Part shown: positions 9,477-19,783 of the stretch, one piece after another | How the letters are laid out: each line of letters starts with the position of its first letter | How positions within the stretch are numbered: the first letter of the stretch is position 1 | Origin: Thermoplasmatota archaeon | GTDB taxonomy: Archaea; Thermoplasmatota; Thermoplasmata; Lutacidiplasmatales; JAMCUS01 | NCBI GenBank assembly: GCA_023379385.1 | Contig: JAMCUS010000013.1 | Coordinates: forward strand, 19,770 to 83,769 | Direction of reading: 5' to 3' | DNA: 64,000 nucleotides | Translations under genes and position numbers: made by a program | The notes under the pieces: generated by a model | What the model was told of the DNA's origin: nothing | Databases searched by the model: none | What the model saw: only the letters and a program-made list of their open reading frames with translations

Positions 9477-9696
9477 AAATGCTCCTGTAATGGATAAAAA
9501 AGATAAAAAATGTGATGTTAAAGATTGTGAAAACGAAGCAGTCAGATCCTTTTCTATGTCTAATGTAAAAGATATCTTCAGTAATTTCAAAGACGGAAAT
9601 GTAAAGCATGTAAATTTATGCAAAGAACATTACAAAGTTTATCATAAAAAAACAAAAGAGGATAGAAAACTGGATCATCTCAGATGGGCACATTAA
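9466..9696 (+). CDS. Small archaeal zinc-binding protein
   Basis: CDVKDC..LCKEHY Cys/His pattern; GAGGTG RBS; overlaps upstream stop. Confidence 0.7.
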   Translation: MVHRNAPVMDKKDKKCDVKDCENEAVRSFSMSNVKDIFSNFKDGNVKHVNLCKEHYKVYHKKTKEDRKLDHLRWAH

Positions 9697-9734
9697 TCTA
9701 TAAATAAAAATTAAAAAGTTTTATTAAAAAGTGT

Positions 9735-10973
9735 TCATCTTTTTTTGTCGCTGTCTGGTTTTTTCTCAACCTCTTCGTCACTCTCTTTTTTGGGGTTCAC
9801 TTTGCTTTCTGCAGGTTTCTTTTTATATATTGTCATTATGATGATGACTGATATGGCAAGTATCAATATTACTGCGAGAATAAGGTACATTGTTGCAGTT
9901 CCAGAAAATCCATTGCTGGATGTTGAAGGTGTGGTGGAAGATGATGGTGTGCTATAAGACTGGGATGAAATCGTTACCGGTATGAACGACGGACTTATGG
10001 ACTTGGCCAGCAGTGTTTCCCCTTCGTACCCCTGCCATACAGCCAGTGCAAAATAGTATGTATCTCCTGTTGTAAAGGTGGGAACGTATGCAGACTCTCC
10101 TGATTCTGGAGCAAAATCTCTCACATATTCTACAACCCATTTGCCGTTTGACCACTGTGCACCTACATGTATATTGAATGGATTTACATTTGAGGTTCCA
10201 GGAAGAGATGAATACCACATACTATCGTTGCCTATCTGATACATGTTTGTATAGTTGGTATACAGAGGAAGTGCAAAACTGGAAGTTGGTTTGTATGGCA
10301 CACCCGAAGCACTCTCATTCATCCAGAAATTAAATCCTTTATCATTCGTAGAATTATCCGTTGCACCAGCAATCCATTCCCATATATTTGCACTTCCGGA
10401 TGATAAAGACCCTCCTGCTCCAGGTCCCTTCGGTCCACCGATTGTCATAACATCACTCGCTGATGTTCCATTACCGTTAAACCACATTATTGCCGCTCTA
10501 TCTGGATAATAATACGTAGAATTGCTGTAAAATCCAGCTGCATCACCGCTCTGATATGCTTTCGCTTCCTGTGCCCTGTTGGGGCCAACTATTTTCGTTC
10601 CGTTTTTTAATAGAAGTATCTGAGGATTTCCGCCAATAGCTGCGGATTCCATGTAGCTGGGATGTGTATCATTCCATTCTTCCAGTACAAATATAGCGGT
10701 TCCGTTATTAGCCATTTTAACAGAAACACTTTTTGTATGCCCACCACCTGTTACGGTGGCAATTAATCCAACCTGCATTGCTGGAATACTACTCCAGAAA
10801 CTTTCTGAACCAGGACTGGCCAGATTGGGTGTCGCATTCACATAGTAAGCAGTTAAACCACTGCCGTTTGTCTGTGCGTTAACAATATTGATTACCTGAA
10901 ATATACCTGCAGATATTATGACTATTGATAGCAATGCTACCATAATCTTTTCAATTTTACTAAGCCTGTACAT
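9735..10973 (-). CDS. cbsA: Cytochrome b558/566 subunit A (CbsA-like, DOMON-type heme protein)
   Basis: PGSESFWSSIP, NSTYYYPDRAAIMW, ANIWEW, PLYTNYTNMY, AVWQG..GETL..KSI blocks recalled from Sulfolobales CbsA; signal peptide, Ser/Thr linker, C-terminal TM. Confidence 0.82.
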   Translation of the reverse strand: MYRLSKIEKIMVALLSIVIISAGIFQVINIVNAQTNGSGLTAYYVNATPNLASPGSESFWSSIPAMQVGLIATVTGGGHTKSVSVKMANNGTAIFVLEEWNDTHPSYMESAAIGGNPQILLLKNGTKIVGPNRAQEAKAYQSGDAAGFYSNSTYYYPDRAAIMWFNGNGTSASDVMTIGGPKGPGAGGSLSSGSANIWEWIAGATDNSTNDKGFNFWMNESASGVPYKPTSSFALPLYTNYTNMYQIGNDSMWYSSLPGTSNVNPFNIHVGAQWSNGKWVVEYVRDFAPESGESAYVPTFTTGDTYYFALAVWQGYEGETLLAKSISPSFIPVTISSQSYSTPSSSTTPSTSSNGFSGTATMYLILAVILILAISVIIIMTIYKKKPAESKVNPKKESDEEVEKKPDSDKKR

Positions 10974-10975
10974 CT

Positions 10976-11059
10976 TTAATCACCACACTCCGCAGATTTT
11001 ACATCTTTCATTAAACAGCAATCTATAACAAAGCTCTCTTTGTTGTATTCATTATCCAT
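10976..11059 (-). CDS. 27-aa Cys-containing small ORF upstream of cbsA
   Basis: MDNEYNKESFVIDCCLMKDVKSAECGD*; strong GGTGAG RBS; stop 2 nt before the cbsA ATG. Confidence 0.5.
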   Translation of the reverse strand: MDNEYNKESFVIDCCLMKDVKSAECGD

Positions 11060-11202
11060 ATTTTACTCACCAAAACAGGTTTATACCTAAATCTAATAAA
11101 TGTATTATGTATTTAAAAAATATACGGAATATACAGCATTATATTGTAATATCTATGTATTAATTCAAACAATTTATAAATAGATGGTAAATATTATATA
11201 TA

Positions 11203-12606
11203 TTAAATGGAGCTGACTTTCACCATGAATGATGCTATCAGTGAAAGCAGTGAAAACAGAGCTCCTGTTAAAAAAATATATTTATAAGATATCCATGCTG
11301 GTAAAAGAATTGGTGCAGCATATATATTTGGAATGTATTGATATTGCCAGTATATTAACAGTAATGCTGCTATTGTTCCGCCCATTACTCCGCCCATTGT
11401 TCTGAAAAGAATATTGAAAGAGGTTCCACTGCTAACCCTTTCAGAAGGTAGCGAAATTGTTAAAAGATTTATAGAACCGACCAGGCCAAAAGATAGGCCA
11501 CATGATATGATGGATATTGATATTATCAAAAAAGGCAGTACCCCCATAGTTGCAGCAAGAGAAATATAACCAAACATGGACAATATAGATCCGTATACAA
11601 GTACCTTTTTCTGACCGATTCTTTTAATCAAAATAGCTGATAAGGGCGCTGCAAAAAGCATTGCAATACTGTATGGTGCGATGATCAATCCGGCATAAAA
11701 ATATGAAAAGCTATAACCAACCGGAACTGGATCTATGAGGAGAAAGATCAATGGTTGATAAAGTATGAATTGTATGATACCTAAAAATATTGCAATAACA
11801 TTACTGGCAAAAACATTTCTGTTGGATAAAATATTAATTTCAATAAGCGGATGAGATTGCACAAGTGCGTATATGATAAACATTATAAAAGAGGCAACGG
11901 AAAGAATAAGCAATGATATCACTGTAAAATTATATATCCCTACAGCGGGCAAAAATCCCATAGCAACTACAAAATATATCATGCTCAAAGTTAGAAAGGT
12001 TATGCTCAAAAAATCAAATTTTTCTTTTTTTTCAGGTGTGTCTTTTTTTATTTCCTTAAAAACAAGTATCAGCGATATGATAACGAAGGGGGCAATCGTA
12101 TGATAACTCCACTGCCAATTTAAATTTTGAACTATGTCAGAACCCACAATAATGCCCACAGACGCTCCCAATGCAAACATAGCACTCAGTACCCCCTGTG
12201 TTAATGGTAGCATCTCTTTATTATAGTAATCCGCTAAAATTGCATAGGATAATGGAAAAACTGCAGCACCTATTCCCTGTACACCTCTCAAAAATATAAG
12301 GATATAGAACTGGTTTGTAAATCCACTCAACGATACAGAAAATGAATATATGAGTAAGGCAAGCATCAGCATTTTTTTCTTTCCATAGATTTCACCGAGT
12401 TTACCGAACACAGGCATGGATATTGTAGCAACCAAAAGATATATTGTTATAATCCATGAAATTATTACCATATTTACAGAATAATTGAGTTCTGAAAAGA
12501 TCTGGGGTAATGCAGGAATCATCATTGCTTCAACGTACATAACTATAAATGACGTAAAACTAAGAACTCCTAGAATTTTGTATGAATATTTTCTTGTCTG
12601 TTTCAC
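11203..12606 (-). CDS. MFS transporter, 14-TMS DHA2-like
   Basis: Motif A GKLGEIYGKKK, LRGVQGIG; WQW motif; many TM segments. Confidence 0.9.
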   Translation of the reverse strand: MKQTRKYSYKILGVLSFTSFIVMYVEAMMIPALPQIFSELNYSVNMVIISWIITIYLLVATISMPVFGKLGEIYGKKKMLMLALLIYSFSVSLSGFTNQFYILIFLRGVQGIGAAVFPLSYAILADYYNKEMLPLTQGVLSAMFALGASVGIIVGSDIVQNLNWQWSYHTIAPFVIISLILVFKEIKKDTPEKKEKFDFLSITFLTLSMIYFVVAMGFLPAVGIYNFTVISLLILSVASFIMFIIYALVQSHPLIEINILSNRNVFASNVIAIFLGIIQFILYQPLIFLLIDPVPVGYSFSYFYAGLIIAPYSIAMLFAAPLSAILIKRIGQKKVLVYGSILSMFGYISLAATMGVLPFLIISISIISCGLSFGLVGSINLLTISLPSERVSSGTSFNILFRTMGGVMGGTIAALLLIYWQYQYIPNIYAAPILLPAWISYKYIFLTGALFSLLSLIASFMVKVSSI

Positions 12607-12874
12607 ATCGTAGTAGATATAATTGCATCTATTTAACTATTTAATATTGGTACTATAACAATTGATTCCAATAGAATAATTATCAATCCATTATTCAACA
12701 TTTAATTTAAATATTTACGTGGTACTTACATTAACTTAAATATATGCTATTATTGACAATATGTAGGCAAAATATTTAAAATAATAATTGCATCTCTTTA
12801 TTGATATGTTGGTTAACTATTATGCAGAGGATTGGTTTGATATGATGTTTTACCGGTATATGATGGGTGATTAA

Positions 12875-13048
12875 ATGATTGGAAGCATTAATGATTGGAT
12901 AATACTTATTGTTGTTGCTCTTCTTCTATTTGGTGGAGCAAAAAAGATACCTGAATTCGCAAAATCTCTGGGAAGGGCAATGGGTGAATTTAAAAAAGGA
13001 CAGAAAGAGATAGAAGATGAATTAAAAAAGGGTATTGAGTCAAAATAG
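12875..13048 (+). CDS. tatA: Twin-arginine translocase TatA (absent from ORF track)
   Basis: MIGSINDWIILIVVALLLFGGAKKIPEFAKSLGRAMGEFKKG..; GGTGA RBS; directly upstream of tatC. Confidence 0.93.
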   Translation: MIGSINDWIILIVVALLLFGGAKKIPEFAKSLGRAMGEFKKGQKEIEDELKKGIESK

Positions 13049-13068
13049 ATGTAATGGTGTTATGAGAT

Positions 13069-13851
13069 GTGGGGCTGATGGGTTTTGGAAACATTATAGA
13101 GGACATTGATAAATTTACATCCATTCTGAAAAAAATAATTTTTATTTTTGCATCGTTTTTTTTATTTATAATATTCTTCAGCTATAAGGTTATACGGGTT
13201 GATGGAATTTCTTTATATTATCCATATCCTGATTTTTTTCACAGCTTTTCTATCTCCTTTTTTCTATTTATAAAATCCAGTACATTACCACCAACAATAA
13301 TTCTTTTAAATCTAAACCCTTTTGACATGTTATACGTAGATTTATATTCAGCATTATTCCTTTCTGTTGCCCTTTCCTTCCCACTTATATTATACATAAT
13401 TTTATCCTATCTGTTTCCTGCTTTGTATCAAAAAGAACGAAGATTGATCCTGTTTGTTATAGGTCCATCCGTATTCCTGTTCCTTCTCGGGTCTTTATTC
13501 GCATTTTATATAATATTGCCTCTTCTTTTCAGGGTTGTAATTATACTGACAAAGAGTTTTGGTGTGGACCCAACCATGAGTGTAAGAAGCTTCCTTTCAT
13601 TTGTTTTAATGATCCTTCTCACTACCGGTCTATCGTTTGAATTACCTGTGATTATAACCTCTTTATCATATTTAAAAATCGTAAGTCCCAATACATGGTT
13701 AAAAAACTGGAGGTACGCCATTGTTGGTTCCTTTTTTATAGCGTTATTAATTTCACCCGGAGCTACTGGAGGGTTGATAGAGAGCTTAATAGGCATCGTT
13801 TTATCAACTCTCTATCTAATAGGTGCTCTGATATCAAAATATCTGTTTTAA
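13069..13851 (+). CDS. tatC: Twin-arginine translocase TatC
   Basis: PALYQKER, GLSFELPV, WRYAIV, ALLISP motifs. Confidence 0.92.
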   Translation: MGLMGFGNIIEDIDKFTSILKKIIFIFASFFLFIIFFSYKVIRVDGISLYYPYPDFFHSFSISFFLFIKSSTLPPTIILLNLNPFDMLYVDLYSALFLSVALSFPLILYIILSYLFPALYQKERRLILFVIGPSVFLFLLGSLFAFYIILPLLFRVVIILTKSFGVDPTMSVRSFLSFVLMILLTTGLSFELPVIITSLSYLKIVSPNTWLKNWRYAIVGSFFIALLISPGATGGLIESLIGIVLSTLYLIGALISKYLF

Positions 13852-13941
13852 CTCTGTCTTTATCGATGTATACCTGAATAATTAATATGTATTTATTATT
13901 ATTTATAATTGTGTGATGAAAATGTTTTTATATGTATAATG

Positions 13942-13970
13942 TATTTGATATATTTGAAGTATATCAAATA
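13942..13970. promoter_or_regulatory. Palindromic operator, probably for the downstream YtrA/GntR regulator
   Basis: TATTTGATATA-N7-TATATCAAATA perfect 11-bp arms just after a TTTTTATA TATA-like box and before the RBS of the operon. Confidence 0.65.
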
Positions 13971-13985
13971 GCACACGGTGGTAAA

Positions 13986-14498
13986 ATGAGAAAGAAGGTT
14001 GTTATAGCTGGTCTTATCCTGCTGATAGTAGGTATTGCCATCATCGTAGCTGGTGGATTTGCATCTCTAGGTATTTCTAAAAAGGGGAATACCATCAATA
14101 ATATCAAGCCTGGAGAATATGCTACACCTGAATTCATTTTTAATGGCAGTTATACTTTAACCATATCTGGAGCACCATCTGATAGTGCTCTGATATACTC
14201 GTCTAACTATTCTGTTGTGAATGCAACAAATTTTAATAAATATGCAATAAAGCCAGTTAATACTATAAATGGTGTATTAACATACTCTATATCATCTGGT
14301 TCGTATTATTTTGTAATATTTTCTTTATCTGCACCTCATATTACCTATACAGAGATTCCAGTTGGGGCCTCTCTGTATCTATTTGGTATAATAGGGATTG
14401 TAGGGATTGCCCTTTTTATAGGTGGAATTATAACAGCAATTGCAGGCCTTATCCTCAAAAAAACAAACAGGATACAGAATAACAGAAGAGGTGTGTAA
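13986..14498 (+). CDS. Membrane protein (N- and C-terminal TM helices)
   Basis: Start placed at ATG 13986 after GGTGGT; two hydrophobic segments flanking a beta-rich domain. Confidence 0.75.
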   Translation: MRKKVVIAGLILLIVGIAIIVAGGFASLGISKKGNTINNIKPGEYATPEFIFNGSYTLTISGAPSDSALIYSSNYSVVNATNFNKYAIKPVNTINGVLTYSISSGSYYFVIFSLSAPHITYTEIPVGASLYLFGIIGIVGIALFIGGIITAIAGLILKKTNRIQNNRRGV

Positions 14499-14891
14499 AT
14501 GTTCATAACATTACAGATGAATAGTGACGTGCCTATCTATATGCAGATACACGATCAAATTGTAGAAGGAATTGCATCTGGTAATATTAAGGAGAATACG
14601 GTATTACCTTCTGCAAGGAGATTGGCGATGGATATCGGAATAAATTTTCATACCGTAAATAAGGCATATACCCTTCTGAAACAGGATGGGTTTATTATAA
14701 TTTACAGGAAGCGGGCAATCGTCAGGCAATCAGGTAACACATCTCTGGATTCCGAAGTTATGAAAATGTGGAAAGAGAATGAAAAAAAATTGATATCTGA
14801 GGCAATTGCAAGAGGTTTAAGTTACGAAGAGATTATGAATCTGTTTAAAAATTTGCTATATTCTATCAAAAAAAATAAAGATGTTATGTGA
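14499..14891 (+). CDS. GntR-family (YtrA subfamily) regulator
   Basis: PIYMQIHDQI..LPSARRLA..INFHTVNKAY; short C-terminal domain. Confidence 0.9.
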   Translation: MFITLQMNSDVPIYMQIHDQIVEGIASGNIKENTVLPSARRLAMDIGINFHTVNKAYTLLKQDGFIIIYRKRAIVRQSGNTSLDSEVMKMWKENEKKLISEAIARGLSYEEIMNLFKNLLYSIKKNKDVM

Positions 14892-14899
14892 TGATTTAG

Positions 14900-16027
14900 A
14901 TGTTGAATTTTCTCTATTTTATATTTGTGTTTGTATTCGCAATTTTAACCTTAATCTACATGGCTATGCCTGATTTAGTACAGAACACGATTCCTTTTGG
15001 TATCAGAATTCCACCGGAGTACATACACAATCCATATATTAGAGAAATGAAAAAAATTTTTAGAAAATGGGTGGTCCTGGTGGGTATAACATCAATTATT
15101 GTATACACGCTAATGTCAATTACAATAAACAATTCAGATACAATAGCCATATTTAACGTTACTCTATTCTCAGTTATTTTCTTCTTTTTTATTATATATT
15201 ATATAATCCACAAAAAGATAGGTAAAAGAAAGGTGGAAGAGGGGTGGTACAGTAACAAACCCACATACACATATGCATCCTTAGACATGGATAGAGATAG
15301 TGAACTTAAAATATGGGTTGTATTACTACCATTCATTATAATTTTTGTTACGATTATTATAGGTATATGGAGGTATCCATCTCTACCTGCAAATTTTCCT
15401 GTTCACTATGCAATCAACGGTACTCCAAATGGATGGATGAGCAAAACGCCGTTTAATGTTTTTCTCATAGTTGTAATAGCATTTCTGGTTAACGTGTTCA
15501 TAGATCTCCTGATGTATGCTACAGTAATTTATTCAAAACGCGATATTGATCCAGCTCACCCATACGTCTCGCAGAAACAGCAGATAAAATTTACAAATAT
15601 CATGTTTGAATATCTGCAGATTATGCTGGTCTTTGTAAATGTATCTTTCATGTTTTCAGCTTTTCAGATATGGGGATTAATAGGATCTGACCAATTATCA
15701 GTTGTTTTTATTACGATTCCAGTATTTATAGGTGTTGTGATATTAGTTGCAGCTACATACAAAACAGGTCAGAGTGGGGCAAAGATCGTTATAAATGATA
15801 CGGGCAAAGATACAAAAAATGGTCATCTGCATATAGATGATGATATGTTCTGGATAGGGGGCTTTATATATTATAATAAAGAGGATCCATCAATTTTTGT
15901 TGGAAAAAGATTTGGTGTTGGATGGACATTAAATTTTGGGAATCCCAAAGCGTGGGTGATAATTTTTTTAATTATTCTGTTCATTATAGCTACAACCCTG
16001 ATGATAATCTTTCACCGAAACATTTAA
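14900..16027 (+). CDS. DUF1648/DUF5808 membrane protein
   Basis: LPANFPVHYAINGTPNGW and YYNKEDPSIFVGKRFGVGWTLNFGNP motifs. Confidence 0.85.
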   Translation: MLNFLYFIFVFVFAILTLIYMAMPDLVQNTIPFGIRIPPEYIHNPYIREMKKIFRKWVVLVGITSIIVYTLMSITINNSDTIAIFNVTLFSVIFFFFIIYYIIHKKIGKRKVEEGWYSNKPTYTYASLDMDRDSELKIWVVLLPFIIIFVTIIIGIWRYPSLPANFPVHYAINGTPNGWMSKTPFNVFLIVVIAFLVNVFIDLLMYATVIYSKRDIDPAHPYVSQKQQIKFTNIMFEYLQIMLVFVNVSFMFSAFQIWGLIGSDQLSVVFITIPVFIGVVILVAATYKTGQSGAKIVINDTGKDTKNGHLHIDDDMFWIGGFIYYNKEDPSIFVGKRFGVGWTLNFGNPKAWVIIFLIILFIIATTLMIIFHRNI

Positions 16028-16126
16028 TCTGCAACTTTGTGAAAAATGTATGCCACTAATAACCTAAACTGTAAACGTTGTTTGAATATTTATCGTCTAT
16101 ATTAATGCAAATTTTTAAAAATGTGC

Positions 16127-17377
16127 TTAACTGGTTTCTGATTTCAATCTTCTTATTCTATCTTCCACAAGCTCTTCTATCTTCTTTAAGTCATATAACG
16201 GAATCATTATACTGTCAATGACCGTCGTCGTACCCTCCAAGCCACCTCGATATGTTTTCATGGAAATTACATCCATATCTTTGAGTTTCTTAAGATAGCT
16301 CAAAAAGGTAGGGTGACTCACCTTTAGAGATTGAACAGCACTAACCCTGTATCCATATTCCTCTATGATTTTATTGAATTCATTCTCTACATCCACGCTA
16401 TTTGTTTTTAATTTTTTGTTATCAAGAACGCGAGTTATAGCCAGTAATATTAATAATTGTGTATCAGTCAATTCATCTACACCAATGTCATCATGATATG
16501 CATTAACATCATTGATATCCATGGCCTTTCTTATATGTGAAATGTCTATACTGCTGCACCCTTCTGTGGATGCAATATCGTATGAATCTCTCAAAATGTC
16601 AATCGCATATCTAGCATTGAGATTGGATTTATACGATAATATTGCAATCTCTTCCAGAGCATCATCTGCAATATCTATTTCACTGAAAGCCTCTTTTATT
16701 CTTGCCTTTAAAATATCAACAATCTCTTCAACAGTATAGTTATTGAAAGTTATTTTATGTTCCGGTGTATTTTGAATAGTTGATTGTATATCCTCAGGTA
16801 AAAAGGTTTGTATTGTGCTTTTCTGGCTTGTTAATAAAAGATATATTGGTGGTATGGTAGAATTTTCCCTCATAAATTCCATTGGTCTCGAAAGAACATA
16901 AAATATGTCTTTTCCATTTTTTACAAAAATCTCTTTTACATCATCAAGTATTATGAACATCGATTTTTCTTTTTTGGATAAAATATTTAGAATATCTTTG
17001 AGATATACAGAACCACTATAACCGGTAGATTTCAAATCTGGTGAGAATGCAATATTTTCTACAAATCGTTCATCTTTAACAATGTATTTCATAACGTTGC
17101 GGTACATTTCGAGTATTGTATCATAAGGTGAAATTCTTGCACAGTTATAATATGAAACGTACAGATTATCATATTTTTTTGAGAAATGGGTTTCTATTTT
17201 TTTAGTTACCATTGTTTTTCCTGTACCTGTAGAGCCACTTATATAAAAGAAGAATTTCTCTTTTCTTTCTATTGCATTTTCAAATTTAGATATGATCTTT
17301 TCATACGCCTCTTTTCTTACAGATATGTCATCCGGTATATATTCAAATGTTAATGCCTCAGAATCTTTTATATTCAT
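16127..17377 (-). CDS. cdc6: Divergent Orc1/Cdc6-family AAA+ ATPase
   Basis: Walker A GSTGTGKT, YYNC, Walker B IILDD, FNNYTVEEIVDILKAR, NARYAIDIL, C-terminal wHTH; start placed at ATG 17377. Confidence 0.85.
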   Translation of the reverse strand: MNIKDSEALTFEYIPDDISVRKEAYEKIISKFENAIERKEKFFFYISGSTGTGKTMVTKKIETHFSKKYDNLYVSYYNCARISPYDTILEMYRNVMKYIVKDERFVENIAFSPDLKSTGYSGSVYLKDILNILSKKEKSMFIILDDVKEIFVKNGKDIFYVLSRPMEFMRENSTIPPIYLLLTSQKSTIQTFLPEDIQSTIQNTPEHKITFNNYTVEEIVDILKARIKEAFSEIDIADDALEEIAILSYKSNLNARYAIDILRDSYDIASTEGCSSIDISHIRKAMDINDVNAYHDDIGVDELTDTQLLILLAITRVLDNKKLKTNSVDVENEFNKIIEEYGYRVSAVQSLKVSHPTFLSYLKKLKDMDVISMKTYRGGLEGTTTVIDSIMIPLYDLKKIEELVEDRIRRLKSETS

Positions 17378-17387
17378 TAACATACCT

Positions 17388-18755
17388 CTAGGAATGTCCT
17401 GTATCCATGATAAAAGCATCTATTTTTTTAACATATTCTTCAGCTATGGCCATAGCACTTTTTTCGTTTGTGGATTCAACATAAACTCTGATAATTGGTT
17501 CCGTACCTGATGCCCTCACCAGCACCCATCCAGTATCTATAAATAACTTCAAACCATCCGTTTTATCAATTTTCAATCCATTTGACTCAATCTCCATTCG
17601 TTTCATTACTTCGCTTTTTTTACTGTTATCACAATGTACTTTCATTTTTGAAAATCCAACAGAAGGTACGCGATCAAAAAGCTCCTTTGAACTTATATCA
17701 CCTTCCGAAAGTATTTTCAACATATAGGCAAGAGTCATGCCACCATCTCTGGCATATAAATGTTCAGGGTATATCATGCCACCATTCTCTTCTCCACCGA
17801 ATAATGCATTGAGTTCTATCATTAGTGATGAAACAGCAGGTGCACCTATTTTGGAATATCTGGTAACGCCACCTGCTGAAGAAATGTATCTTTCTACAAT
17901 CGATGACGTAGATACAGGCGTTACGAAAATTCCAGAGCCCCTTCTTTTTATTATATCATACGCAATAGTTGCAAGTGCAACTTCTCCGGCAATAAAATTG
18001 CCCTCGTTATCTATGAATATTGCTCTATCTGCATCTCCATCATGTGCCACACCCAGATCTGCATTTATTGATTTCACCATCTTTATTAAATTTGATAAAT
18101 TTTCTTTGACTGGTTCTGGATTTCTTCCAGGAAATGATCCCTGAATATTGCTATTTATCGTAACAGGTATATGTCCCAGTCGTTCCACAATATGAGGAGA
18201 TGTTACACTGCCTACACTATTGGCAGAATCTATGACAACCAAAAGCTTTCTTTTTTTATGTTCTGATTCAGTATGTTTAACTATTGAAGCTATATACTCC
18301 TGTGCCGCCGTGTCGGTATTCCTTACCAGCCCCGTTTCGTTCCATTCAACAGGCACAGATTTTCCATCAAAATAGATTGATTCAATGGCTTCTTCATCTG
18401 TCTCACTCAATTCCATTCCGGTTGAAGAGATGCATTTTATTCCATTAAATTCTGGTGGATTGTGCGAGGCTGTTATTATAACACCTCCAGCTAATTTATG
18501 ATTTTTTATAAATAATTGAATGGCAGGCGTTGGCACCATTCCTAAATCTATTACATTAATACCTGTAAGACAAAGTGATCCGGTAACTATTCTCTTTACA
18601 GCATCTGAACTCGTTCTAGCGTCTGTTCCTATAGCAAGCCAGCTATTCTTTCCATACCATGTACCTATTGCTTCTGCAATTTTTGAAATGAACTCTACAT
18701 TCAGTTCTTTATTAACTATGCCTCTAATCCCATTCGTACCAAATAGCTTTTTCAT
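17388..18755 (-). CDS. Phosphohexomutase (PGM/PMM/GlmM family)
   Basis: FGTNGIRG, TASHNP, DGDADR, GEENGG, RASGTEP. Confidence 0.93.
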   Translation of the reverse strand: MKKLFGTNGIRGIVNKELNVEFISKIAEAIGTWYGKNSWLAIGTDARTSSDAVKRIVTGSLCLTGINVIDLGMVPTPAIQLFIKNHKLAGGVIITASHNPPEFNGIKCISSTGMELSETDEEAIESIYFDGKSVPVEWNETGLVRNTDTAAQEYIASIVKHTESEHKKRKLLVVIDSANSVGSVTSPHIVERLGHIPVTINSNIQGSFPGRNPEPVKENLSNLIKMVKSINADLGVAHDGDADRAIFIDNEGNFIAGEVALATIAYDIIKRRGSGIFVTPVSTSSIVERYISSAGGVTRYSKIGAPAVSSLMIELNALFGGEENGGMIYPEHLYARDGGMTLAYMLKILSEGDISSKELFDRVPSVGFSKMKVHCDNSKKSEVMKRMEIESNGLKIDKTDGLKLFIDTGWVLVRASGTEPIIRVYVESTNEKSAMAIAEEYVKKIDAFIMDTGHS

Positions 18756-18858
18756 GTTCTGTTAAACCCGTTTCATCTATAAAAAATATTACTAAATATT
18801 ACTATATATAATATAATATCTTTATTTAATAGCGATAACACGTACTGTTCTGTTATGG

Positions 18859-19596
18859 TCATCCTTTATTCGTAATAAAATTTTTTAATGAAATACAATC
18901 AGGTTTGCTATGTATAGCCACATTATCGTATCTTTCAAAATCCATGCTCAGTCGGAGGTTATTGAATACCTCCCCTTTAAATATGCTCTGATTATATGGC
19001 AGTTCCAGTATAATCCTTTTTGCCTCGTTCATAAAATTCTCTGAATCTATAATAAAATCTGCAATATTCTGCTCCTCTATTTTAAATATTTTTTTTGATA
19101 AAAAGCCATAATATCTTTTTTTGCCATATATTGCGGATAGCAATGAAGGCGTAGCTATAAAATGTGGCATGCCATACCACAATCCTGGAAAACCAGCTAG
19201 TGCATTGTTTTTAGAGATTATTATATCTCCTAAAAGAGCTAACTCAAACCCTGCATCTACGCTGTTTCCGTTTATTAAGGAGACAACAATCTTTGGCATA
19301 GATAGAACTGTTGTAGCTATCGTATGGCCAAGACTTAATAATCTTTTTATATCATCTGGATTCTCAAACCGTTTTTCGCAAATATCCAGTCCTGTAGAAT
19401 ATGTCCTTTTTGTTCCTGTTATTACAACTGCATTAATACTGTTATCCGTCATGGCAATACTCAATGCACCCAGCATTTCAGATAACATTTCTGCATCCAT
19501 AACGTTGCTGTTACCGTTGTCCATTGCAATTATACCCAGTTTATTTTCTGCCCAAAATGATACTTTTTTAAAATTTTTATACATTATACAATCCAC
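18859..19596 (-). CDS. Enoyl-CoA hydratase/isomerase family protein
   Basis: YSTGLD, PKIVVSLING..GFELALLGDII crotonase motifs (divergent). Confidence 0.8.
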   Translation of the reverse strand: MDCIMYKNFKKVSFWAENKLGIIAMDNGNSNVMDAEMLSEMLGALSIAMTDNSINAVVITGTKRTYSTGLDICEKRFENPDDIKRLLSLGHTIATTVLSMPKIVVSLINGNSVDAGFELALLGDIIISKNNALAGFPGLWYGMPHFIATPSLLSAIYGKKRYYGFLSKKIFKIEEQNIADFIIDSENFMNEAKRIILELPYNQSIFKGEVFNNLRLSMDFERYDNVAIHSKPDCISLKNFITNKG

Positions 19597-19783
19597 CTGT
19601 ATAATACGAATAAATCATTATAATCTCTCCTACAAGAATGAACTCTATTCCAAGTCCAAACCCAAACAGTTCATATACAGCATTTATGTACGCATATGAT
19701 ATTATCGGTATGACTGCAATCTGAAGTAACAGAATGAAAAGTGACAACCTTTTAATTCCTTCAAAAATCTCCTTATTATTCAT
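19577..19783 (-). CDS. Small 2-TM membrane protein in the soxLN operon
   Basis: ATGA overlap with the upstream gene; hydrophobic. Confidence 0.65.
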   Translation of the reverse strand: MNNKEIFEGIKRLSLFILLLQIAVIPIISYAYINAVYELFGFGLGIEFILVGEIIMIYSYYTGGLYNV

